In this document: positions 39,221-49,321 of the stretch, in pieces
How the letters are laid out: each line of letters begins with the position of its first letter
Position numbering within the stretch: position 1 is the stretch's first letter
Assembly (NCBI GenBank): GCA_902495155.1
Contig: CABUWD010000001.1
Coordinates: 1 to 57,640, forward strand
DNA: 57,640 bases
Direction of reading: 5' to 3'
Source: an uncultured Collinsella sp.
GTDB lineage: Bacteria > Actinomycetota > Coriobacteriia > Coriobacteriales > Coriobacteriaceae
Made by a program: the position numbers and the translations under genes
Notes under the pieces: model-generated
What the model was told of the DNA's origin: nothing
What the model saw: only the letters and a program-made list of their open reading frames with translations
The model's database searches: none

Positions 39221-40171
39221 TTAGCAGGAGAAGTCGACGCTGTCGATGATGTCCTTGAGGGCCTTGGCGGAGACGGTGAGCTCATGCTGCTCGTCGTCGT
39301 TCAGCGGCACGGGGACGCGGCAGACAACGCCGTCGCGGCCAACGACGGTCGGCATGGAGATGGCAAGATCGGACAGGCCATACTCGCCCACCATGAGCGA
39401 GGAGACAGGCAGAACGGTCTGCTCATCGCGCATAACGGCGGTGCAGATGCGCTTGACGGCCATGGCGACACCATAGTAGGTGGCGTGCTTCTTCTCGATG
39501 ATGGTGTAGGCGGAGTTCTTGACGTCCTCGGCGATGCGCTTCTCGGCAGCCTCATGCTCCAAGTGGCCGTGAAGCTCACAGAAGGTGTTCAGCGGAACGC
39601 CGGCAACCTGAGCGCTGGACCAAGCGACAAACTCGGAGTCGCCGTGCTCGCCCATGACATAGGCCTGGACATCGCGCGGGTCAACCTCGACGTGGGCACC
39701 AAGCATCTGCTGCAGACGGCCAGTGTCGAGCACGGTGCCGGAGCCGATAACATGGCCCTCGGGCAGGCCGGACATCTTGATGGCAGCATAGGTCAGAACA
39801 TCAACCGGGTTGGAGACGATGAGCAGAATGCCGTCGAAGCCGGACTTCTTAATCTCGGGGATAATGGACTTAAAGATGCTGACGTTCTTGTTGACCAGGT
39901 CCAGGCGGGTCTCACCTGGCTTCTGGGCAGCGCCAGCGGTGACAACGATCATGGCGGCGTCGGCGACATCGGAATAATCGCCGGCGTAGATCTTCATCGG
40001 CTCGGCAAACGTCATGCCGTGCGCGATATCCAGGGCCTCACCCTCGGCACGGTTTTTGTCCACGTCAATGAGGACCATCTCGGAGAACAGACCGCTCTGC
40101 ATCAGAGCGAACGCCGAAGACGAACCGACGAAACCGCAGCCGACAATAGCGACCTTCTTCTCGTTAACCAT
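39221..40171 (-). CDS. ldh: L-lactate dehydrogenase
   Basis: GCGFVG, AGAAQKPGETRLDL, SNPVD, GTVLDTGR, GEHGDS, ATYYG. Confidence 0.95.
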   Translation of the reverse strand: MVNEKKVAIVGCGFVGSSSAFALMQSGLFSEMVLIDVDKNRAEGEALDIAHGMTFAEPMKIYAGDYSDVADAAMIVVTAGAAQKPGETRLDLVNKNVSIFKSIIPEIKKSGFDGILLIVSNPVDVLTYAAIKMSGLPEGHVIGSGTVLDTGRLQQMLGAHVEVDPRDVQAYVMGEHGDSEFVAWSSAQVAGVPLNTFCELHGHLEHEAAEKRIAEDVKNSAYTIIEKKHATYYGVAMAVKRICTAVMRDEQTVLPVSSLMVGEYGLSDLAISMPTVVGRDGVVCRVPVPLNDDEQHELTVSAKALKDIIDSVDFSC

Positions 40172-40372
40172 TAGAAACTCCCATCTCTCTCCACAAACAA
40201 GCCGCCCGGGAACGACCCGAGCGGCTTGCCGTAATCCCAATACATCCAATCGGGACTTTGATTATGCTCCTATTCGCAACCAAAAATCGACCGTTTACCG
40301 AAATTGTTTGCAGAATTCGTAAAATAACTGCACGAAATCGGTTTCGAGCTATTGACGAGTCGAAATAGGTTT

Positions 40373-41536
40373 CTAATACAGGCCCGCCTCGCGAATGGCC
40401 TCGACAGCCAAAGCGATCTGATCGGGCGGCAGGACCAGTGCCATACGCACGTGCCCCTCGCCCGAAGGGCCAAAGCTCGCGCCCGGCGTCACCACAACGC
40501 CGGCCTTCTCCATAAGCTCCTCGCAAAACGCCATGGAATCGGTGCGACCACCGGGAAGCTTGGCCCACACAAACATAGAGCCATGCGCGTTGGGACGCTC
40601 CCAGCCCAGGCCCTCAAGACCGTCGCACAGGGCATCGCGGCGTTCCTGGTACTTCAGACGCTGCGCCTCGACCTCATCGCGCGGACCGTTCAGGCACGCG
40701 ATGGCGGCCTTCTGAATCGGGAAGAACATACCAAAGTCGATCTGACCACGCAGCTTGGCAAAGGCCGAGACAACATCCTCGCGACCGACCAAAAAGCCGA
40801 TGCGGGCACCGGTGACGTTAAACGACTTGGAAAGCGAGAAGAACTCCACGCCCACCTCAAGCGCACCGGGATACTGCAAGAAGCTGCCGCCGGGCTCGCC
40901 GTCAAACACGATGTCGGAGTACGCGTTGTCGTGAACGATGAGCAGATCATGCTCGCGGGCGAAAGCGATAATCTCCTCGTAGACCTCGGGTGTGCCCACC
41001 GAGCCCACCGGGTTCGCAGGCAGCGACACGATCATATACTTGGCACGATCGGCCACCTCGGGATCGATACCCGCCACATAGGGCAGGTAATTATGCTCGG
41101 CAACCAGCGGATAGTATTCGAGCTTGGCATCGGCGATCTTGGCACCCGCCTCAAAGACCGGGTAGCACGGATCGGGAACCAGAATGGTGTCACCCGGATC
41201 GAGCAGGGCCAGGCCCAAATGGCCCACCCCCTCCTGCGTGCCGTTGCACGACTGCACCATAGACGGCGTAATGCCCGAAACGCCAAAGCGACGCTCATAG
41301 TAATCGCACACGGCCTGCTTGAGTTCGGGCAGGTCGCGCAGGGCATACTTCCACATCTCGGGATCTTGGGCTGCCTGCGTGAGCGCCTCGACCACATGGT
41401 CGTACGGCTTAAAGTCGGGCGTGCCCACGCTCATGTTGTAAATGGTCTTGCCCTGAGCCTTCAGCGCGAGAAGCTTGTTGTTGAGCGAGGCGAAGACCTC
41501 CGCGCCAAAGCGGTCGAGACGCTGCGATGCCTGCAT
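40373..41536 (-). CDS. Class I/II PLP aminotransferase (LL-DAP/N-acyl-DAP aminotransferase-like)
   Basis: PANPVG, HDNAY, SLSKSFNVTGARIG, PGASFG..GEGHVR. Confidence 0.8.
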   Translation of the reverse strand: MQASQRLDRFGAEVFASLNNKLLALKAQGKTIYNMSVGTPDFKPYDHVVEALTQAAQDPEMWKYALRDLPELKQAVCDYYERRFGVSGITPSMVQSCNGTQEGVGHLGLALLDPGDTILVPDPCYPVFEAGAKIADAKLEYYPLVAEHNYLPYVAGIDPEVADRAKYMIVSLPANPVGSVGTPEVYEEIIAFAREHDLLIVHDNAYSDIVFDGEPGGSFLQYPGALEVGVEFFSLSKSFNVTGARIGFLVGREDVVSAFAKLRGQIDFGMFFPIQKAAIACLNGPRDEVEAQRLKYQERRDALCDGLEGLGWERPNAHGSMFVWAKLPGGRTDSMAFCEELMEKAGVVVTPGASFGPSGEGHVRMALVLPPDQIALAVEAIREAGLY

Positions 41537-41654
41537 GGTGCCACCTTTCAATATGAAAAACGCGGCGCTCCGACAAGTGCGCCGCGCGATACGGGCCATC
41601 AGATTGCAAAAGTGTAACGCTTGCAACCCCCGTATTGGTTCAATTTAGCCAACC

Positions 41655-43634
41655 TTAGTCAACTGGATTGAGCGCGTCGATCTGCGCAAGCCACAGACGC
41701 GAGCTAGCGTCACTCGGCATACGCCAATCGCCGCGCGGGCTGAGCGTCACCGAGCCCACCTTGGGACCATCGGGCAGGCAGCTGCGCTTAAACTGCTGGG
41801 CAAAGAAGCGACGGTAGAACGTACGTAGCCACGTGTGGACGGTCTTGGCGTCGTAGACGCCCTCGAAGCTCTTGAGCGCCATGCGGTAGATCTTGCCCGG
41901 CTCAAAGCCAAAACGCAGCAGGTAGTAGAGGAAGTAGTCGTGCAACTCGTACGGGCCCACCAAATCCTCGGTCTTCTGCGCAATCTCGCCGTCGCCCGTG
42001 GGCGGCAGAAGCTCGGGGGACACCGGCGTATCGAGGATATCGAGCAAGACCTCGGCAATGCGCCCGCCAAAGACATCGGCGGCATAGCGTACCAGATGGC
42101 GCACAAGCGTCTTGGGCACGCTCGCGTTGACGGCGTACATGCTCATGTGGTCGCCGTTATAGGTAGCCCAGCCGAGCGCCAGCTCCGACAGGTCGCCCGT
42201 GCCAATGACAAAACCGCCAGCCTGGTTGGCCAGATCCATCAGAATCTGCGTACGCTCGCGCGCCTGGCTGTTCTCGTAGGTCACGTCCTGCACAGCTGGA
42301 TCATGCTCAATGTCCTTGAAGTGCTGCTCCACAGCCGCGTGGATCGAAACCTCGCGGAAGCTCACACCCAGGTCGCGAGCGAGCGACTCGGCATTCGACT
42401 TGGTGCGATGCGTCGTGCCGAAGCCGGGCATGGACACGGCTGTGATACCAGTGCGCGGCAGCCCCAGTGCATCGAAGGCACGCACGGTCACAAGCAGCGC
42501 TAGCGTGGAGTCCAAGCCGCCCGAAAGGCCGATAACCGCAGCCTTGGTACCCGTGTGGGCAAGGCGGGTCTTGAGGCCCGCAGTCTGCAGATCGAGGATC
42601 GTCTCGCAGCGCTCGGCCAAGTCGCCGTGGTCGACCGGCACAAAGGGCGCGCGCGGGAAAACGCGGTCTATGCCGAGCGCATCGCGCAGGACAGGCTCTT
42701 CGGCGAGCGAGCCCTCAAACGAGAACTCGACGGTCACGGCCTCCGGCGCATCGTCCGCGCGCGTCCATGTCGTCGAGCGACGGCGCTCAGCAACCAGGCG
42801 GTCAAGGTCAACGTCGGCGATGGCCATATCGCAGGTAAGCAGTTTGGTCGCGGCGAGCTTGGAGCCGTTTTCGTAGACGAGGTTCTCGCCCGCAAAGACC
42901 ATGTCGGTCGTGGACTCGCCCTCGCTCGCGTCCGCGTAGGCATAGGCGCAATACAGGCGCGCGCTCTGGTTGGAAATGAGGCTGCGGCGGTAATCCGCCT
43001 TACCGATAATCTCGTCCGAAGCCGACGGATTGAGGATCACCGTCGCACCGGCAAGCGCCATCTCGGTCGAAGGCGGCGCCGGTACCCACAGGTCCTCGCA
43101 AACCTCAACGCCCAGCACCATATCCTCGGCACCCTCATCACAGCAGCGGTAGACAAGTCCCGAACCCAGCGGAACCGGACCCTGACCGGCAAACTCGACC
43201 CACACGGGATCTGCGGGCGCCGGAGCAAACCAGCGGCGCTCGTAGAACTCGCCATAGTTGGGCAGATACTTCTTGGCCGTGAGGCCCAAAAGCTCGCCCG
43301 CACAGCACACGGCGGCACAGTTGTAAATATTCTCGGCAACTGCAACGGGAAGACCGATGGTAAAGACAATCGGCAGCTCACGGGTTTCATCGAGAACATG
43401 TGCCAGCGCGGTCTCGCAGGCATGCAGCAGCGTGCGGTTATGGAACAGATCGGCCGCGGTATAGCCGGTCAGGTTAAGTTCGGGCAGTACCAGCGCGCGA
43501 ACGCCACGCCCGGCAGCATCGCGAACAGCCGCCAGCGCAACCTCGGCATTGCCCTCGACATCGGCCACGCGAATCCGCGGCGAGGCCGCCGCCACACGCA
43601 AAAAGCCATCAGACTGAGAAAGGTGAAGATTCAT
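41655..43634 (-). CDS. nadE: Glutamine-dependent NAD(+) synthetase
   Basis: CN-hydrolase domain (PEL, KKYLPNYGEFYE, EVCED) plus SGGLDS, ENSQARER, QQFKRSCLPDGPK. Confidence 0.95.
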   Translation of the reverse strand: MNLHLSQSDGFLRVAAASPRIRVADVEGNAEVALAAVRDAAGRGVRALVLPELNLTGYTAADLFHNRTLLHACETALAHVLDETRELPIVFTIGLPVAVAENIYNCAAVCCAGELLGLTAKKYLPNYGEFYERRWFAPAPADPVWVEFAGQGPVPLGSGLVYRCCDEGAEDMVLGVEVCEDLWVPAPPSTEMALAGATVILNPSASDEIIGKADYRRSLISNQSARLYCAYAYADASEGESTTDMVFAGENLVYENGSKLAATKLLTCDMAIADVDLDRLVAERRRSTTWTRADDAPEAVTVEFSFEGSLAEEPVLRDALGIDRVFPRAPFVPVDHGDLAERCETILDLQTAGLKTRLAHTGTKAAVIGLSGGLDSTLALLVTVRAFDALGLPRTGITAVSMPGFGTTHRTKSNAESLARDLGVSFREVSIHAAVEQHFKDIEHDPAVQDVTYENSQARERTQILMDLANQAGGFVIGTGDLSELALGWATYNGDHMSMYAVNASVPKTLVRHLVRYAADVFGGRIAEVLLDILDTPVSPELLPPTGDGEIAQKTEDLVGPYELHDYFLYYLLRFGFEPGKIYRMALKSFEGVYDAKTVHTWLRTFYRRFFAQQFKRSCLPDGPKVGSVTLSPRGDWRMPSDASSRLWLAQIDALNPVD

Positions 43635-43837
43635 AAGAATGCTCCCGTGCGTAAACGCTATTCAACACAATTAGCAAGCCCTATTGTAGTTCAACCGCCG
43701 GGTGGAACCGCATCCCACCAACTTGGTGAGCAATTGATGAGTTGATGGTATCTGTTAAATGTCACGTACGATTCACATCTGGTGGGTACCCTGATGGCTA
43801 CACGAAACGAAGCAGATTTACACCGGGAGGACCCCGT

Positions 43838-44791
43838 ATGACAACCAAGTACACCGACGCGCCGCGCACGCGCGTCATGACGCCGGCATCGCTCAACAAC
43901 GGCGTACACGAGAACCATTCCATTGGACAGACCATGGCCATCGCGCCCAAAAAGGGCCTGTTCGACGACATTTCCATTCCCCAGATCATCGCCGGCGCCG
44001 CAGCTGCCGCCACGAGCGTGGCGCTTGCTTCAAAGATCGGCATTGCCGGCTCGGTGATTGGTGCCGCTGTGAGCTCAGTCATCACTGTTGTGTCCTCGCA
44101 GGTCTATCGCCACTTTATCTCCGCCAGCGCCGAAGCAATCAAGGGCACGCATGCCGCTGTCGACTACCCTGCCGGCGCCTACGAGCCCGTTGAGCCCGAT
44201 GTCGAGGAGCACCTAGGTGGCGCCGCGACCACGCAGGAGATGCGCCAGGTTGCGGGACGCGCGACCACGGCGCGCGTCGCCCCCAACAGCCTGCGCGCCA
44301 AGGCGGCGGCAGAGCGCAGCCAGACACAAAAGAAGGTCATCGTCTTCTCGATCGCCATCGCCATCGTCGCGGTCATCGCCTGCGCCGGCGCCATCCTTAT
44401 CACCACTGCCGGTGAGGGTCTGGGCGAGCGTCCCGAGCCAATCCTGTCGTCGCGCACGACCGAGAGCGATGCAAATGGCAACACTCAGCCGCAGGATCAG
44501 CAGGCACAGACGGACGACACGCAAGACAGTCCTACCTCTGCCAATTCGTCCTCGAACACCCAAAACCAATCGCAGGGCACCGATTCCTCTATGGCCAACA
44601 GTGGCACGCCGTCCGGCACGACCGACTCAAGCCAAACGACTGACGGTTCACAGCCGAACACGGGAGGCCAGACGAGCGACACCACGTCGGGAACGGGCAC
44701 GGCAGACAGTAACAACACCAACAGCTCGAGCGGAACCGCTTCCGGCACGGCATCTGACAACTCGAGCCAAGGCACGGCATCGGGCAACTAA
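43838..44791 (+). CDS. Hypothetical membrane protein with S/T/Q/D-rich disordered tail
   Basis: GGAGG RBS; hydrophobic IIAGAAAAATS..IGIAGSVIGAAV segment, second TM, low-complexity C-terminus. Confidence 0.7.
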   Translation: MTTKYTDAPRTRVMTPASLNNGVHENHSIGQTMAIAPKKGLFDDISIPQIIAGAAAAATSVALASKIGIAGSVIGAAVSSVITVVSSQVYRHFISASAEAIKGTHAAVDYPAGAYEPVEPDVEEHLGGAATTQEMRQVAGRATTARVAPNSLRAKAAAERSQTQKKVIVFSIAIAIVAVIACAGAILITTAGEGLGERPEPILSSRTTESDANGNTQPQDQQAQTDDTQDSPTSANSSSNTQNQSQGTDSSMANSGTPSGTTDSSQTTDGSQPNTGGQTSDTTSGTGTADSNNTNSSSGTASGTASDNSSQGTASGN

Positions 44792-44931
44792 GCACGTTTG
44801 CCTCTCATAGATAACCGACCTGTACAACGGGCGCGAATCGAAAGCGGTTCGCGCCCGTTTGCCTTGGGCGCCGCCATGGCGAACGCCATGCGATGGTAAG
44901 ATGCTTTACATGTGTAAAGAGGAGATTTGCC

Positions 44932-46233
44932 ATGAGCAAGACAATAATTAGGCCCACGCTTTCGCTGGGCAACCACATCTATCTGTATCGCCTGCTGCGC
45001 GATGCAATCGGATGCGGCAAGCAAACGTTTATGACGCAGGTCGAGGAGGCGCTCGCCGCCGGCGACATGACCGCTTATGATCTGGGCTTCGAGTCCACGC
45101 GCGAGCTGCTCGAGGAGCTCAACGACTGCATTAAGCTGACCGTCTTTAAGGGCGGCCGCCTGTATGCCACCGTCATCGCCAACGAGGCCTGGGATGCCGC
45201 CCTTGCCAAGGGCGAGGACAAGCCCAAGGCCGCCAAGGGCGCCAAGCAGTCCTACAAAAAGAAGAAACGCAGCGAAAAGGACCTCAAAGCCGTGCGCCCC
45301 AAGCACGTTAAGCGTCCCAAGCCCGAAGCCATGGTTGAAGCCGCGCCGGAACCCGAGCCCGAGACAGAGATCGAAGTCGCTATTGAGGTAACAGCAGGAA
45401 CCGAAATCGCCGCCACGACCGATTCCGAAGTCATACCCGAGCAGGACGCCACTGCGGAGCTCAACGAGGCTCCCAAGTCGACAACCGAAGAAGCCGCTGA
45501 CCAACCCGAGACGCTTGCTTTCCAAAACAGCGATGTCTTTGACAACGAGGCCGAGGACGATCAGTCCGACGAGCCCGCCGATCAAGGCGTTACCGAGTCG
45601 GCGCCGGAGCCCGAGACGCCGCAGCCCGCCATCTCGCTCACGGTCGTCTATGACCCCGAGAACGCCAACGCCGGCATCACCACCATGGCTTCCACGCCGG
45701 TCGAGACAAAGCCGAGCATCGAGAACGAGAACGCAGCGCAGGTTGAGATTGAAACTGCAGCTGCAGACGCGCCCGTCACCGTGAAGCCCGCAGATTCCAC
45801 AATCAAGCCGGAAGCGACGCCGGAGCCCGCACCCGTCATCGAATCCGTGCCCACCTCTGGTTGCGACCAAATTCCCGCACCGGCACCGGCTCCGGCACCC
45901 GCAGCGGCCCCAACCCCCGTACCTGCAGCGCCCGCCATCCCCGAGGACTTCCCCGTCGATTTCGCAACCGAGGTCTTCTGCCCCGGCCCGCTTCTGCACC
46001 AGCTGTCGACCTATCTCCCCTACGGCGCCGATACCCTCGGCATCGTCGGCGAGTACTACTGGATCGCCCGCGAGCGCGGTACCATCGAGGCCGCGCGAAA
46101 CCGCGCAAGCTTCCCCCTGCGCTACACGCAGGCCGGCGAGCGCCGCGAGGTTGCCGTGCGCATCCGCCGCAATACCACCGGTGGCCTTGGATCCACCTGG
46201 GCCATCGATAAAGTCGAAGAACCCGAGCAGTAA
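44932..46233 (+). CDS. Hypothetical protein: two small domains joined by an acidic/Pro-rich linker
   Basis: AGAGGAG RBS; host-like codons; E/P/A-rich middle; followed by a terminator. Confidence 0.75.
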   Translation: MSKTIIRPTLSLGNHIYLYRLLRDAIGCGKQTFMTQVEEALAAGDMTAYDLGFESTRELLEELNDCIKLTVFKGGRLYATVIANEAWDAALAKGEDKPKAAKGAKQSYKKKKRSEKDLKAVRPKHVKRPKPEAMVEAAPEPEPETEIEVAIEVTAGTEIAATTDSEVIPEQDATAELNEAPKSTTEEAADQPETLAFQNSDVFDNEAEDDQSDEPADQGVTESAPEPETPQPAISLTVVYDPENANAGITTMASTPVETKPSIENENAAQVEIETAAADAPVTVKPADSTIKPEATPEPAPVIESVPTSGCDQIPAPAPAPAPAAAPTPVPAAPAIPEDFPVDFATEVFCPGPLLHQLSTYLPYGADTLGIVGEYYWIARERGTIEAARNRASFPLRYTQAGERREVAVRIRRNTTGGLGSTWAIDKVEEPEQ

Positions 46234-46237
46234 CGAC

Positions 46238-46275
46238 AAACGGCTCAAATCCAAATCAGGATTTGAGCCGTTTTT
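46238..46275 (+). terminator. Intrinsic terminator
   Basis: 15-bp stem AAACGGCTCAAATCC/GGATTTGAGCCGTTT plus T-run. Confidence 0.8.
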
Positions 46276-46298
46276 ATTTGTTGATGTTGCGTAACCAA

Positions 46299-46444
46299 CA
46301 GCGAGCGGGCCGCAAGTGCCCCAGGTTGCCGTGAAAGAGGAGCGACGCGTACTTCGGTACGCGAGCGACGGCTTGAACGGCAAGATGGGGTGCTTGCGAC
46401 CCGCGCAGCGTCGAGCAGTTACGCGGTTTGGAAAACCGCGTAAC
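46299..46444. repeat. Structured dispersed repeat, copy 2 (after ettA stop)
   Basis: GTGAAAGAGGAGCGACGCGTAC-TTCG-GTACGCGAGCGACG core, GCAGCGTCGAGC linker, GTTACGCGGTTT..AAACCGCGTAAC hairpin. Confidence 0.9.
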
Positions 46445-46447
46445 GAT

Positions 46448-48127
46448 CTAGTCGCGCGTCAGCTTACGGTGAATACGATGCGGCTGGGCTGCGTCCTCGC
46501 CAAGGCGCTCGATGCGGTTGGCCTGATAGGCCTCGAAGTTGCCCTCAAACCAATACCAGTTGCCCGGATTCTCGTCGGTGCCCTCCCACGCCAGAATGTG
46601 CGTGGCGACGCGGTCCAGGAACATACGGTCGTGGCTAATGACCACCGAGCAGCCCGGGAACTCGAGCAGCGCCGCTTCGAGCGAGGACAGCGTCTCGACG
46701 TCGAGGTCATTCGTGGGCTCGTCGAGGAGCAGCAGGTTGCCGCCCTGCTTGAGCGTAAGCGCCAAGTTCAGACGGTTGCGCTCGCCACCGGAGAGTACGC
46801 CGGCGCGCTTCTGCTGGTCCTGGCCTTTAAAGCCAAAGCTCGCCACATAAGCACGGCTCGGAACCTCGGTCTCACCGACCATCATGTGGTCCAGGCCATC
46901 CGAGACGACCTCCCACAGGTTCTTATCGGGGTCGATGCCGGAACGGTTCTGATCGACATAGGAGATCTTGACGGTCTCGCCCACCTCGAGCTCGCCCGAA
47001 GTCAGCGGCTCCAGGCCCACGATGGTCTTGAACAGCGTGGTCTTGCCCACACCGTTGGGGCCGATGACACCCACGATACCGTTGCGCGGCAGGGTGAACG
47101 ATAGGTCGTCGATGAGCACACGGCCATCGAACTCCTTGTGCAGGTGATGAGCCTCGAGCACCTTGTTGCCCAGACGCGGGCCCACGGGGATGCGGATGTC
47201 GGTCCAGTCGAGCTTCTGGCTTGCGCGGGCCTCGGCCTCCATCTCCTCGTAACGAGCCAGACGGGCCTTGTTCTTGGCCTGGCGAGCCTTGGGCGAGCTG
47301 CGTACCCACTCGAGCTCGGCCTCCATGCGCTTGGCGAGCTTGGCGTCGCGGTTGCCCTGCGCCTCGATACGGGCGGCCTTGGTCTCCAGATACGTGGAGT
47401 AGTTGCCCTTGTAGGGATAGAGGTGACCGCGGTCGACCTCGCAGATCCACTCGGCAACGTTATCCAAGAAGTAGCGGTCGTGCGTGACGGCCAGCACGGC
47501 ACCCTGGTAGTTATGCAGGAAGTGCTCGAGCCACAGGATCGACTCGGCGTCCAGGTGGTTCGTGGGCTCGTCGAGCAACAGCAGGTCGGGAGCCTCGAGC
47601 AGCAGCTTGCACAGGGCCACGCGACGGCGCTCGCCGCCGGAAAGCACGTTGACCGGCATGTCGGAATCGGGCAGCTGCAGGGCGTCCATGGCCTGACCGA
47701 GCTTGGAATCGATATCCCAGCCGTCGGCGGCGTCGATCTCGTCCTGGAGCTTGCCCATCTCGGCCATGAGGGCATCCATGTCGCAGTCCGGGTCGCACAT
47801 CTCCTCGCCGATTATGTTGAAGCGATCGACCTTGGCGATCATGTCGCCAAATGCCATGCGCACGTTCTCGATGACGGTCTTGTCATCGTCGAGCGGCGGC
47901 TCCTGCTGCAGGATGCCCACGGTGTAGCCGGGGGTGAGCTTGGCATCACCGTTGGAGACCTCCTCGATGCCGGCCATAATCTTGAGCAGGGTCGACTTGC
48001 CCATGCCGTTGGGGCCCACAACGCCGATCTTGGCACCGGGGTAGAAGCTCAGGGTCACGTCGTCAAGGATTACCTTGTCGCCATGGGCCTTGCGAGCCTG
48101 ATACATCTGGTAGATAAACTCCGCCAT
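46448..48127 (-). CDS. ettA: Energy-dependent translational throttle protein (ABC-F)
   Basis: MAEFIYQM..LSFYPGAKIGVVGPNGMGKS, two ABC domains, ELEWVRSSPKARQAK linker. Confidence 0.95.
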   Translation of the reverse strand: MAEFIYQMYQARKAHGDKVILDDVTLSFYPGAKIGVVGPNGMGKSTLLKIMAGIEEVSNGDAKLTPGYTVGILQQEPPLDDDKTVIENVRMAFGDMIAKVDRFNIIGEEMCDPDCDMDALMAEMGKLQDEIDAADGWDIDSKLGQAMDALQLPDSDMPVNVLSGGERRRVALCKLLLEAPDLLLLDEPTNHLDAESILWLEHFLHNYQGAVLAVTHDRYFLDNVAEWICEVDRGHLYPYKGNYSTYLETKAARIEAQGNRDAKLAKRMEAELEWVRSSPKARQAKNKARLARYEEMEAEARASQKLDWTDIRIPVGPRLGNKVLEAHHLHKEFDGRVLIDDLSFTLPRNGIVGVIGPNGVGKTTLFKTIVGLEPLTSGELEVGETVKISYVDQNRSGIDPDKNLWEVVSDGLDHMMVGETEVPSRAYVASFGFKGQDQQKRAGVLSGGERNRLNLALTLKQGGNLLLLDEPTNDLDVETLSSLEAALLEFPGCSVVISHDRMFLDRVATHILAWEGTDENPGNWYWFEGNFEAYQANRIERLGEDAAQPHRIHRKLTRD

Positions 48128-48311
48128 TTGCCTGTTTTATCCTTTCTACCTGCTGTTTCCCTATTCTTGATTCGCTTTAGTGGAAACGAAATGAGGGAAC
48201 CAGCTCTGAAACGTAACGAAAAAGGGGCATGGTTGCCCACACCCCCTAATACTACCTGGGAAAAGTCCCCCGGAACATACTATGAACTGCGTACGCTAGT
48301 TTTCCGCAACC

Positions 48312-49016
48312 TTAGCGAACGGCCCGCTGCGATTTGCGCCACAGCAGATACGAGTAGACGTAGACGGCTCCGACCGAACCAAACGCCAGAACCGCAATCA
48401 CCGCGGCGACGACTTCACTCGAAAGCACGCTGCCTGCCACGCCCATCACAATCAGGCCAATACCCAGCACCATAAAGCAGGCGCCGCCAAAACGCTGCGT
48501 ACGGCGCCAGTTCTCGGGATCGGCAAGCGCCCAAGGTGTCTTGATACCGAGCGTATAGTTCTGCTTCACACGCGGCAAATAGTTGCCTACGCCGATGAAC
48601 AGCAAACCGACAACACCGGAAATCAGCACGTTAACCGAACCGACCGCCGGCACCACGCCCCAGACCGTAAGCTCTCCCAGCCAGCTTATGGCGCACATGA
48701 ACAAGGTGAAGGCGATTACGAAGCCCTGGTAGAACTTGCCCGAGGTTCGATATGCCTCACCTTTGGGGTCGATGCGCGGCACCACGCAGAACATTGCGAG
48801 AAGCGCCAGAGGCAGCACGCCGAGCACGGAGGCCATCCAGCTAGGACCCCAACCGTCGACGGCGCCGTTCGCGCCCCAATGCGTGGGAATCTGCGCAGGC
48901 AAGCTCGGCATCACCATGAGGTGCGCTACGACATTGGCGACGCACAGAGCGACCAGCGCAATCCACACGCGCGACGATACCCCCGTGGGGTGAATGCCCT
49001 TGTTTTCGTTATTCAT
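48312..49016 (-). CDS. sdpI: SdpI family immunity protein (DUF1648 + SdpI)
   Basis: LPAQIPTHW..G.VDGWG, IDPK, GNYLPRVKQNYTLGIKTPW..ENWRRT. Confidence 0.88.
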   Translation of the reverse strand: MNNENKGIHPTGVSSRVWIALVALCVANVVAHLMVMPSLPAQIPTHWGANGAVDGWGPSWMASVLGVLPLALLAMFCVVPRIDPKGEAYRTSGKFYQGFVIAFTLFMCAISWLGELTVWGVVPAVGSVNVLISGVVGLLFIGVGNYLPRVKQNYTLGIKTPWALADPENWRRTQRFGGACFMVLGIGLIVMGVAGSVLSSEVVAAVIAVLAFGSVGAVYVYSYLLWRKSQRAVR

Positions 49017-49287
49017 CCTTATCACCTTCCGTGTTTGTAAAACCCATAAACCAGCCAATCAAATCCTGCATGACGGTGGTGTTTAAGCTGTATACGATGT
49101 TTTGGCCATGGCGCTCGTCGGTCACCAACCCGGCGTTTTTGAGCGTCGCCAAGTGATGGCTCAGCGACGGCTTACTGATATCGAAATGCTCGGCAAGCTC
49201 CCCCGCCGTGCAATTGCCCTCGCGCAGCAACTCCAAAATGCGCCGTCGCGTTGGATCGGCAAGCGCCTTAAAACCCTCTCCCGGCAT
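49009..49287 (-). CDS. sdpR: ArsR family autorepressor SdpR
   Basis: FKALADPTRRRILELL..TAGELAEHFDISKPSLSHHL..YSLNTTV; overlaps the sdpI start. Confidence 0.88.
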   Translation of the reverse strand: MPGEGFKALADPTRRRILELLREGNCTAGELAEHFDISKPSLSHHLATLKNAGLVTDERHGQNIVYSLNTTVMQDLIGWFMGFTNTEGDKDE

Positions 49288-49321
49288 AAGACCTCCTCTC
49301 ATCATCTCTCATGACGCGCAC

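Noticed and set aside
40316..40336. Possible Rex operator upstream of ldh (TTCGTAAAATAACTGCACGAA) and a half-site before ackA (TATCACAA)
   Set aside because: Spacing and half-sites deviate too far from TTGTGAA-N4-TTCACAA to call by eye
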